Source: Octopus sinensis (Eukaryota). From it: a DNA stretch of 64,000 bases. Positions 26,409 through 38,124 of this stretch are shown here, piece after piece. Made by a program: the position numbers and the translations under genes. Each line of letters starts with the position of its first letter. Position 1 is the stretch's first letter. Under the pieces are notes generated by a model. It was not told the DNA's origin. It did not search any database and saw only the letters and a program-made list of their open reading frames with translations. Location of the stretch: the NCBI RefSeq assembly GCF_006345805.1, contig NC_043016.1, forward strand, positions 3,596,001-3,660,000, given 5' to 3'.

Positions 26409-29047
26409 ACTTAAGTTCAACATCTTATCCACACATCCCACTGATGCAATGCTGAGACAGGTCACTGAAGCTGTCTGTATACAAGAATACAAACCCACTC
26501 TCAACCGAAAATCCGAATGGGGTAACATCCAGATTCCACCCGGGAGTACCATTCTATAACCACCCCTCTCTCTCATTTACATGTAGTAATCCATGCATAC
26601 ATGTTGAAATGCATGGTACTAAAATACATATATGCAGTTATATATAACCGTACGAGTGTACATTGTTTGATATGTATGTACGTATGTGTAGATGTATATG
26701 TGTATACGTGTGTGTATGTGTTGTGTGTTTTGTATGTTAGTGTATAAGTATGTACATGCATGCATATATGAGTATGTATAAATATATATGTATTATATAT
26801 GTATGCATGTAATAATAAAAATAAGAATAAATAGAATAAAATAAAGCAAGTTTGAATTTTAACCGTTGTTCTTGAAAAGAGTGTCATAGATATGTATATA
26901 TATGTATATATATATGTATATACATATATTCAAATCGCCTAAACAAACAGATTGAAAGCAGTGAAAAGTCCCGCCTGAAAATAAAACTGTTGGAAATCGA
27001 AAAATGTCTGCAACTCTCCCATGAGATGGAAAGAGCAGACAAAGAAGCCTGGGCTATAGACAACATAAAAACTAACCCCAGAGCTTTCTACAGGTATGCC
27101 AAAGAGACAGCTACGGTGCACTGTAGGATAGGGCCACTCCTTGAAAAGGATGGCACACTCACAGGAAAACCAATGAGGGTAAGTGAAATACTGAATGAAC
27201 AATTCAAGAGTGTTTTCACTCCACCCCTTGGGCATTTCCAAATCAGCAATCCAACTGACTTCTTTACCACTGCAGATATAGAATCAGAGGTGGCGACGAT
27301 AAATTACATCGATATAAAGGAAGACGATGATGTAATAAGGCTATAGATGAAATGAAAATAGACTCAGCTATTGGCCCCGATGGATTCCCGGCAATCCTCC
27401 TCTAAAAGTATGTAAGAGAGTCTTAGCAAGACCACTGCAGTTCCTCTTTCAGAGCTTCCTTGCAGCTGGCAAACTTCCAAGAAAACTGAAGGAAGGTAAA
27501 ATATGCCCTATTCATAAAGGAGGTAGCAGAGCGGAGGCCAAGAACTACAGACCTATCTCTCTGACCTCACACATCAGCAAGGTCATGGAACGAATAGTCA
27601 GAAGGAAACGAATCACCTTCCTTGAAGAGAATGACTTGCTGCCTGACACCCAACATGGTTTCCGACCAGGAAGAAGCTGCTTAACTCAGCTCCTGCAGCA
27701 CTATGACTGGGTGCTGAAACAACTGCTCAACTACTCAAATGTGAAAGTCATATATCTCGACTTCGCAAAGCCCTTCGATAAAGTCGATCATGGAATGATA
27801 TGTCACAAACTGCGTGATCTTGGCATAGTTGGAAAACTAGGAGAATGGCTTCACGACTTTCTGAAGAATAGAAGTCAGGTGGTAGTAGCCAATGGGGCCA
27901 CTTCCATTAGCACGCAAATAGTGAGCGGTGTTCCACAGGGCACTGTTTTGGGACCACTACTGTTCATAATGGCCCTCTCAGACATGCCCTCAGCCACGCG
28001 GAGAGCCACGATCACAAGTTATGCAGATGATACAAAAGTTTCACAGGCAATACAGAACCCTGAAGACACTAAGCACCTGCAATATGAGCTGGACGAAATA
28101 TACAAGTGGGCTGAAAAGAATAGCATGCAGTTCAATGCTGAAAAGTTTCAAGCTTTATACTATCAGCATGCAAAACTGAATGCAATACCCAAGGAATACA
28201 CTGGACCCGGAGGGATTGCAATCCCAGAGGCAAAATCAGTGCGTGACCTGGGTATTCACATGAGTGATGACGCGACCTTTCATGTACATGTTGCTAAACT
28301 GACAATGAAATGCAGACGGCTGGCTGAATGGATTCTTAGAACCTTTAGAAAGAGAACAAGAAACCATGATGGTCCTCTGGAAGACACTTGTCCTAAGCCA
28401 CTTTGACTATTGCTCTCAGCTATGGTCACCATCCAGTGTCAAGTTGATCACAGAACTTGAGGCGATCCAACGAAGCTACACGAAGAAGATAGCCTCTATG
28501 CAGAATGTAAGCTACTGGGAAAGACTCAAGAGATTAAAATTATATTCCCTGGAGCGTAGGCGGGAAAGATATGCCATAATATACATCTGGAAGATCCTAG
28601 AGGGAAGTGTCCTGAACTTTGGCATCGAGAGTTACGCAAATGCCAGAACTGGGCGCCACTGCGTGGTGCCTAGGACTCCAAACCTGCCATCAAGATGTAG
28701 GATAAGATTCTGTGATAGCCTGGGCTTCTGAGGCCCACAGCTCTTCAATATCCTCCCGAAGAACCTGAGAGACCTGCATGGGGTGGATACAGATGTCTTT
28801 AAAATGAAGCTGGATCTCTTCCTGTCAGGTGTCCCAGATGAACCAACTTCACGGCAGGAGGGGCAGATGAGGGCAGCTGCATCGAACTCTCTCATGCACC
28901 AAATGGCAGTTGCTAGAAAGCCTTCATGAAGTGAAACCAAGTAGCAACACCAAATGGCGGTGCCCCAGCATGGCCACAGCTCATAAGCTGAAACTAGAAT
29001 CAATCAATCAATCAATCATATGTCTGTGTGTATGTATGCATACATAT

Positions 29048-29091
<44 letters not shown>

Positions 29092-29096
29092 ATATA

Positions 29097-29143
<47 letters not shown>

Positions 29144-29369
29144 GTATATATATGTATGTATGTATGAGTATGTATATGTATGTATGTATATATGTATGTA
29201 GAGATGGATAAGCGTATATGTGTGTATACTTTAAGATTATACGTATATTTGTTTGTATGTGTGTCTATATGATTATGTGTACTTGTATATAGCATAAGGT
29301 TATATGTGCATATATGTATCTAGGACGTTGTATCCATTCACCGTTAGACGGTGGTGAGAGGGACAAACG

Positions 29370-29405
<36 letters not shown>

Positions 29406-29645
29406 ATATATATATATATATATGTTTGTGTGTGTGTGTCTACATAAATGTATATGTGTGTATATATACAAGCTTAACAAGGTAACAGTCATGTATACAA
29501 CTTGAACTGACACATATCATTACACAAACATACGTTCACATGTACATACATACGTACACACACACAGACACGTCTACACACTCTCTAAATACTCACAGGC
29601 ATGCACATATGCATACGCACATACATATACAAACGTACATACAAA
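26409..29645 (+). repeat. Inverted copy of 24195-25360 (26409-26930 plus 29019-29645), split by a CR1 insertion
   Basis: Unique blocks match as reverse complements, e.g. gaacttaagt/acttaagttc, ctcacca.cgtctaacggtgaatgg and gtcagtt.aagttgtatacatgactgttaccttgttaa. Confidence 0.93.
26931..29018 (+). mobile_element. CR1-clade LINE, 5'-truncated, with few disabling lesions
   Basis: IKTNPRAFYRY, NYRPISLTS, QHGFRPGRSCLTQLL, YLDFAKPFDKVDH, SGVPQGTVLGPLLF, YADDTK and LERRRERY; (ATCA)n tail. Confidence 0.95.
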
Positions 29646-29823
29646 ACCAAACCTGTGCGTGTGTGACTTACTACAAATACAGGAGCTGAACACGTCGTGG
29701 AAAAAGAAAATAAATAAAAATTTTTTACGGAAATTAACGAAGTGTGCGACTTCAGAACGAAACGAAACCTGGAGTGTGTGCGTGTGTGTGTGTGTATGTG
29801 TGTGTGTGTATATGTGTGTGTGT

Positions 29824-29865
<42 letters not shown>

Positions 29866-29894
29866 ACATTTCAAACATGGAATGGAAAATCGTA

Positions 29895-30750
29895 TAAATA
29901 AAAGCACGTTGAAAAGCATCTTCTGTCTTGAGGTAGGAATTTCAAAAGCAAGCGTCTCTTGAATTTTGCAGAGCTATCGGAACCGTTACATTCCAAGAAT
30001 AGTCCGTGCTCTCATGAAGATGATTCAGTATAAAGAGTTGAGTTTTACGAGTTATACATTACAAGATACGGACACTCTCTAACAAAATTTATTTTCAGTG
30101 ATGAGGTTACATTTAATTAAATGGTCCAGTTGACCATCACAGTTGCACCCTCTAGTGGAACTTTATAATCTGCACATTACGGAGGAACATCAGTTAATTT
30201 ACCAATAGTTACGGTTTGTCACCAGAACGATTAATTGGGTCGTATTTACTGTACTGTGAGCGATCGCATTTACTTGAATTGCTGCAATAATATATCACAC
30301 CAACCATTCCTAAGGGCTTCGAAATTGCAGAGCTTTATTTTCCGCAAGATGGCGTAAACCCGCACTACCATATTAAAACAAGTGCTCAGCTTGATGAAAT
30401 GCTGCCAAAAAGGTGGATTAGACCAAGAAGTTCAGTAGAATACATTCTGCATTCACCAAGCCTCATACTTCCAAACCTTTTTTTTATGGGGATATTTAAA
30501 AATTTACGGTACAAGACCGGCATCAGGCCACGAACTAAAAACAGTCAGTCTATGAAAATGCGCTCAAATGCCGAACAAAATATTTCATGATGTTTGCGAT
30601 TCTATTGCTTCACATTATCAACAGTGTCACCATCAGAACGTAATTAGTTTAAAAACAGGTTTTCATAAAAATGATGAATTCTTTCTGTCAATTCTATTAA
30701 AATTTGAAATTGAAATGTATTTTAATTAACACTCCAATCTGTGTAAATAT
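29895..30750 (+). mobile_element. Degenerate Tc1/mariner-superfamily element (PPRSPDLTPLDFFLWG-type)
   Basis: GISKASVS, FSDEV, QDG.NPH..LDEMLPKRWI..SVEY..HSP..LFF.GYL. Confidence 0.7.
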
Positions 30751-31290
30751 TTTTGGAGACAGTTTGTGTGTGCGCGTGTATGCGTATGTGTGTGTGTTTG
30801 CGTGTAGATCCTCAATTTCTATGGATCGGTAGAGGCATCGTCGCGTACTGTAAACTAATTTCATTCCGTCTCTCTCGACAGTTTGTCGAAGCTCGTGTTA
30901 ATGATTTGAGTGTGTATTTCTTGATGATGTCTTCACCTCACTTCCTCTGCCAGCTTCCCATTTCTTGCTCTTGTGCATTTCCTTGGTGAATGATCACTAG
31001 ATCTTGTTATATATCTATATCACCGCAGTTTTCTTTCCTTCGCGGGTCTCCTATGTTATGCACGATGGTTTCGTGAATCAGCCCTCTTGTGATGGGGTCC
31101 CAGTATGAGATGATTAATATGTTGCAATAGAATGTCCTTTCCAGAATTCTTTTGGTGTAGAATAAGATCTACAACATGGAGAACATTCCACCTTCCCTAT
31201 CTGTGTAGGGGTGGGTAGTATTACTTCTACCACTACCATCCGAAACGCAAAGACACCTTATGTATTTTACAGTTTGAAAGACCTATCTTA

Positions 31291-31359
31291 TAACGTTCAG
31301 TCTGCTAACGTTCAATCTTTGCTAACGTTCAATCTTTGCTAACGTTCAATCTTTGCTAA
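31291..31359. repeat. 17-bp tandem repeat TAACGTTCAATCTTTGC, 3 perfect units plus 1 degenerate unit
   Basis: Direct read. Confidence 0.95.
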
Positions 31360-33299
31360 AAAGATTTCCGCTAACATTGGGAAACTAACCATCACTACAG
31401 CTCAACAGTGTTGGTTCTCTCAGCAGCCTCTTCTTCCCATTCACTACCATATTGAATAAACCGCTATCCGATTATTTCTTTTCCTCACCACCACGAACAC
31501 AGCTACGCCATAAACAAAAACTGCTTTTATTGAGATGATTAAAGAAAGGTAACTGTGCTTTTGGTCTTTGCAACCTTTCCAAGAACGATGCAGTTTATGT
31601 CACTCTTGAACATCTCAAACACCACCGCTGCAGAGCGACATGTGATGAAGGAAAGAATTCCAGACAGAGTCGATATCAGGACGGAATGAAGAAAATGGTT
31701 AGCGCGGATCTTTGAAAATGGGTCCACTAGAGAAGTAGAAAGGAAAAAGTCTGGATGGAAAGTGTCACGAGACTAGTCACCTCTGGCGAGAAAATAATAC
31801 TAAAGTACTGGTAGGAATATTAGAGACAGTAGAATGCCTATTTATGAACCAATGAATAAAATGTGTTAGTGAGTAACTTCATGTCAGTCGGCGGGTGGTT
31901 TTTCTTTAGGTGTGGTCTAGAAAATCTGCACGTAGAAGCAGCAGTCTGCACCATTGTGGTTCTACCATGATCTTAATTGAAAGCTAGTAGTCATTGTAGT
32001 CGATAGTGGAGTATTTTTTTGCTCCGAGTATAATGCGAGAATATCCTTGTTAAGCTACCTACCTATGAGCAGCATTTGTCTTTCAGCTTTCATAGTTACA
32101 ATCGATCGTCTATTTTGGCGAGGTTCGTTATTCATAGCGTAGAAAAAATTGCATTACAAAACCTAAACTTTTACTTCAGAGCAAACACATAGTTCGGCTC
32201 CGAACTTCAGTTTCCAAGTTTCTAGCAAGCTCAAGTGAGACTGACATTAAAATGCTCTCACAACTGGAATAGGGCTGCTGCAACACACATACAAATTATA
32301 GATTATATCCGAAAGAAAATAATTTGGTCGATAAAAGCTCATTCAATAATACCTTTCAAATACTAACCCACATACACACTGTAGATTTTACGGATACCGC
32401 AATGTGTCTCTATCTTCTAGGACTAAGAAACTACCCACTACCTTTATCCAATCCGACCTGACCATTTCCTCTCACTTTCACGCATCCCTCTTACTGAGAC
32501 TTTTCCACTACTCGAGACCTCCTTAGCACTTATTCTAATCCAACCTACCAAGGATGCCAAAATTCTAAACTTATCTTCTTGTACAAAGTTCTTCCTGGTT
32601 GTATCAATGTACAGATATTTAAACACAACATTAACAGCACCAGTTGTCATAGGCTCCAAGAAATCAATATGTGCAGTTCTTCCTTAGTACAACTCATTTT
32701 AATACATAATTTCTACCATGCAATCTTTGTTCTGTGGAATGCCATACACTAAACGACATTACATTACACCACAGAATATCATTACTACGCTTCAAGGTTC
32801 ATAAAATGTATATTTACTATTACTACAGTTGTTGAGAATCCTCTCAGATCATATCTAATAATCCTTTGCAATATTTGGTGATGAATGAGATGTGGACCAT
32901 GGTTCAAAGAAGAATAAAACCCTTAAAACTTAAGCTTAGCAGAAATAGAGCCACTGAAGACGCTTCTGCGCGGTTATCAGATTTATTTGAAATAGTAGTT
33001 AGATATATTCCTTTCATTAAGGACTTTTTATCCGAAATAAGGACATAGTAGGCAAAATAAATAAATAAATTTAAGTCCTCGCCAAAACACCGTTGAATAC
33101 ACATCTACTTGATTCTAGCTAGCTTAAGCTAAGTAACAGCAGCTATGTGTGAACTGAGAACCGATTCTAGACTTGATACAAAACACGCATAACATATGTA
33201 TCTAAAACAGGTGATAGAGGAAGGGTTTGCCCTAAAGAAAAGCTATAAATAAATTTTGAAATAAAAGAAAGAAGAAAGGAAAATAGAGAAATGTCATTA

Positions 33300-33700
33300 A
33301 ACTTTAATCAAACTTCTAATCAAACTTCAGACGGATGACAGGATAGTTTTTGAGTGACATTGGGCGAAATTTATGAATATGCTTGTGCCACATAATTTAA
33401 AAATAGACTGTTAGAAGAAACGAACCCTCAAAAATCACGTTATTGGTAGATGAAATTTCTTCTGTAAAAGCAAGGGTTCACTGAACGAAAAATAGCATTC
33501 ATCAAATCTACCCCACCTGCGATATTCACAACATAACGTATTCAGCCTAAAACCCTGAAGCCAGGTGGGAGAAGGTAGTAGGAAAAGTGCTTGACTCGGG
33601 AATTCTAGTAACAAAAAAAGCTTTAAGAATAGGGTAGATAAAGAAGAGATTACATTGTCTGATGAAAAATTTCTTAGTAACTTTATACTGCTTTCTTAAC
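33300..33700 (+). mobile_element. Penelope-like remnant (post-RT region)
   Basis: SDIGRNL and a RNTLKITY-like motif resembling VKTNIGKxF..FNRNTLK. Confidence 0.35.
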
Positions 33701-34120
33701 AGGTACTTAAAAGAAGTTATTTCTTTTTTAGTAGAAGTCTCACTTTACAATCAGCATACGTTTACGTAACCATAGAAAATAACTTGTGTATGAATGACTA
33801 CTATACAAACACATATTACTATCGGCGCATATCCCTGAGCAGACATAAACACGCACACACGCAGATAGGTACGATATTCAGCTGAAGATTTCGTCGATCG
33901 AGCTTGACTTTGTTACAGGGTTTCAATTCTCAGTCGTAAGCACTTGTTTCCAGTTTCGCAGCTGGAAACAAATGTCACAGCATAATCGGCATAATGGTAA
34001 CTTTAATCTATTTACTTTCTTTATTGTGAGAGTGATGAAGGAATATCTAAACCGATACAAGAAACATCGTTTGCAAAGCACCTTTTTTTTTCGTTTTGCA
34101 GTTTTCTACAAAGATGTATT

Positions 34121-35000
34121 CGAGATCTGATCAATAAGTATCCGGACACTTGCCATAGTAACGAAGTTGAAGCACGTAGAGTAAAACCGCTCGATACAGA
34201 TTGACCTTCACCTCTGCTCTGCATGTGCACTACATTTTGACGTTGTAGTTCCCTTCCGCTATTTACAGCAGTGCTTGGAAGGAAGGTGTGTAACGTGTGA
34301 TCGTCGCAGTGACCATGACAAAGTTGTGATTGTGATACCTACTCAGACGCCTATGTAAAGCTGTAGAAAGTGTACGGAGAAGAGTGTATGAGCCGCACAC
34401 AAGTATACGAGTGGCTTAGATGTCTCCATGATGACCGAAAGAATGTCGATAGTGACGAAATTTCTGGGAGACACGCAACTAGCAGAACCGAGAAAAACAT
34501 CCCAAATGTGCATGCAGCTGTGAGGGGAAACCATCGAATCACCATCTGTGAGTTATCAGATGTGTAGATTGGTTCAGTTCAGTTCATTATCACTGAAGAG
34601 TTGGGTATGAGACGCGTGTCTGCCAAGTTTGTGCCAAAATTTCTTTCAGCTGACCAAAAATACACCCGGGTTTCAGTTGTACAAAATCTCCTTGATTCTG
34701 TCGAGTACGATGGAAACATGTTGAACACTTTGCGTAGGCCTCTGAGTAGGTATCGGCAAAATTTTGGCAAAATTTGATGTAGATTCTCTGCTCAACTTTC
34801 TCTGTCATGGTCAATGCAACGAACACACGCTACACACCTTCCTTTAAAGCACTGCTGTAAACAGCGGAAGTGAGCTCGAACATTAATACTTGATGCACAT
34901 ATAGAGCGGAATTTAAGGTTAATCTGTGCCAAGCGAGCTGACACTGCGTGCTTTAGCTTATTTACTACGACAGTCCGAATACTTATTGATCAAGTTAACG
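34121..35000. mobile_element. Non-autonomous mariner derivative made of two inverted 5' halves
   Basis: TIR-like gatcaataagtatccggac and gtccgaatacttattgatc; transposase N-terminus on + (VYGEECMSRTQVYEW..RRVSAKFVPK) and on - (MTEKVEQRIYIKFC). Confidence 0.8.
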
Positions 35001-35434
35001 AAGGATACACACATGGAAATAAATAGATACACAAACATTCATTCAATTACACACACAAATATATATATACAGATTGGTGCACTCATATAGATAACTGGAA
35101 AGCAATATGCAAAGCAGCCTAAGTGCACTATTGTTCAATATTTCAAAGTAAACATTTATGGGGAGAAAATGGCTTGTAACTTATATCCCGCGCAGGATAT
35201 GGAAAGGTTCGGTAAAGTAGTAATGTAAATAAATATAATTCTTTCTGATTTTGACACCAGGGCAGCAGCTCTCAAGGGTGGGTCAAGTCAATTACATTGG
35301 CTCCTTTCTTGTCTAGTATTTTATTTTAGTGATCCAAAAATGATGAAAGGTAAAGTTGTCCTGCCTAATGATATTTATGATGATTACTTTCTTAGCCATT
35401 ACGGGTTTACTAAAGAACTAAGGATGTTATACGC

Positions 35435-38110
35435 CAATTCAATACAATACAATAACGAAGAGAAAAGATCCAAAACATCCAAACAAGATGTAATTCTCCA
35501 GAAGTGGGGAGATTTTTCGGTCTGCTCGTGAAGGCCCTAAAGAACAGTCAGTTTGACCAATATGGCAATGGTATTTTCCTGTATTCCTCCGCCAGTCTGC
35601 AGGTGCAGGCTCAAAGCAGGTCCGGTCATGCAGACCGCCCTTGCTATTCACATCGATCTTTCAAAAGTTTGCTGAAAGACATTTCTCTCTCCAACACCAC
35701 CTTTCTTTTTAAGAAAAAGCTTAAAAAAGTTGATGAGAGCTTGGTCAAAAATGGATTATTTTGTCTTCAGCCTTTACAGCCAAGTCCACAACAATCCTTT
35801 TTCATAAAAGCAACAAGACAGATGGAAACTGCATGAGTTTTTTCCGGCCAAAGGCATGTGGCGGGACGGTTCTGATGATGGACTCAGCTGGTATCCGTAT
35901 CCGTAACAGCAAGTATCTAAAATCCTTCCACAAGTCAGCAATGCACGGAGAGTGAACAAGGATGTGCAGAAGAGTTTCCGCTCCGAGCGTATCTCGAGCA
36001 GGTCCAGCTGACAGTACTTTTATGCTTATACAGTTTATCTGATGCCGGGAATACCCCTCCACCGCTAATTCGCTAATCCAGGCTTTGTAAGCTTCACGTA
36101 CCGGGATTGATATGTTCACTTCCTAGTAACCGGGTCCCTGCCTACAAAACCTTATCTAGCCTAACCATACAGATCGCAAATCTTTTACTGTGTAGCCAAA
36201 GATTTTGAAATTGGAAAGCCTATGTTATCTTTATCTACTGGTCTATACAATACTCTATCTGGATATGACCTAGATGAACCGAGGCGGTTTGTTAATGTCC
36301 ACATTGACACATTTGGAAAATCCAGTTGACACCTGCCAGATATTTGGAAACATTTGAGCAGGATTGCGACATTTTTGCATCCACTCTCTAATAAACTAGC
36401 CCCGAACACTCCAAACGTACACAAGATGATGTGCCAGTCGCTTACTAGCACTAAAGATTTCACATCCCTAAGAAAACCACCAGACGCCTGAAGAAATCTG
36501 CTTGTCGTAACCCCGTCAAATCATAAACAGATGCCAATCTGAAGGCACCTTTCTTCGCTACTCTTCATATCCAGAAACACCTGTTAACCCGTGTCCAAGA
36601 AGGTGGAATGTACCATATGTCCAAACCACTCCGAAACAATACCGCATCGCCATCACCCCTTCCCGGTAGACGAAGACATGACTAAATCCCGTATTCACCA
36701 TAAATGAACATGAAATCCAGTGAATCGAAAACTCTGGTATCGCTGATGGCCACTACACTTATATTGAGTGACCTGAAGTCGTTGAGTAGGTAGCCTTGCT
36801 TCGAAGTCGACCCAGGCCCCATGCATCTATACTGCCTGTTATGGGCACAGGTCATGTTGTACAGTGAGAAAGAGGTAAACAAGGAGCTGATTACAATAGC
36901 TTTTATGTGGAGAGGGACAGATAGTCCATACCTTTGGTTAAATGTGGTTGTCTCCACAAGCAGTTTCTTATAAAGTCTTGTTAATCTCTCTGAAGTCTCT
37001 TACCCCATCGCAATATTTATTATTTTTTTATGGCATTGTATATGTGTTGTGTTCTTTCAATGGCTTTCATGTATACTGGCGTCTTACTTGTTGGTATGAG
37101 GAAATTGCTCTCTATGATATCTTTGTTCTACTGTATTTGTTATATCAGTGCTTTGTTATTCGTAATCATTGCACTGATGTCTAAAATGGTTTTATGATGT
37201 TATTTTCTTTCTGTGCATATGATGAGATTTGCTGATGTTTGTACTGTTGTTTGCGTCTATGGTGATGATGTCTAAGATAGTGGTAATGGTAATGCTGATG
37301 ATGATGCTGGTTGTTTGATGTGTTTGTTGGCGAAGAACCTCCGTTCTTTTTCTTTTCCGTTTCTTGTTGCCATCCGCCTTATTCTCCATCACATTCGCTT
37401 CGTCTGAGTGGTCCCAGTCAGGTGGGGTGGGGATGTCTTGGGAAGAAAATAGCCTTTTTGTTCTGTTGTTGTTTTGGGTTTTCAACTGCTGTTGTTGTTG
37501 GTGATATGATGGTTTTGTGGACTGTGTTTGTTATGTTGCCATTGCTTCTATTATTCTTTGTTGCTACTGCTTTGGAAGCAACTGATTTTCATCTTGTCGC
37601 TACTGTCATTGTGGCCACACTCTGCCTTTGGTCTTCCTTCTAGTTTCCTTGCTATCGTTCCTGCTGTGATGGTGGTGTTGGCAGATGAGAGGAGTCATAG
37701 CTATTTCTTCTTTGGTTGTTCTTGAGGCAGTTTCTGTCGCCACACAAATGATATCTCGGCTTTCTGCCCTCTACGACCACTTACAGATGCAAACCGTCTA
37801 TTAGATTGATTAGTTCCTCAATATGTTCCACGATTTGATAACCCGTTTGGATTAGTAGCTTTACCCGACCAATTTTTTATTCTAATCTCTGAACTGGCAA
37901 AATATTCGTTTTTCTCCTTGTTATGGAACGTTTCCGACCTCCCCTTCCCGGTAGACGAAGACATGACTAAATCCCGTATTCACCATAAATGAGCATGAAA
38001 TCCAGTAAATCGAAAACTCTGGTATCGCTGATGGCCACTACACTTATATTTAGTGACCTGAAGTCGTTGAGTATGTAGCCTTGCTTCGAAGTCGACCCAG
38101 GTGACCAAAG
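35435..38110 (-). mobile_element. L1/Tx1-clade LINE, rearranged and internally deleted
   Basis: ORF1 VVVEGRKP..LCG; APE start GPGSTSKQGYLLNDFRSLNISVVAISDTR; C-terminus ETLLHILVH..IADLW and QALINFFKL. Confidence 0.8.
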
Positions 38111-38124
38111 GTGGACTGACTCAT

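Noticed and set aside
31291-31359. Short direct repeats resembling a CRISPR array
   Set aside because: Units are contiguous with no spacers, there are no cas genes, and the context is eukaryotic.
32945-32985. Hammerhead candidate CTGAAGA-CGC-ttct-GCG
   Set aside because: The GAAA half of the core is absent, so it is too degenerate to claim.
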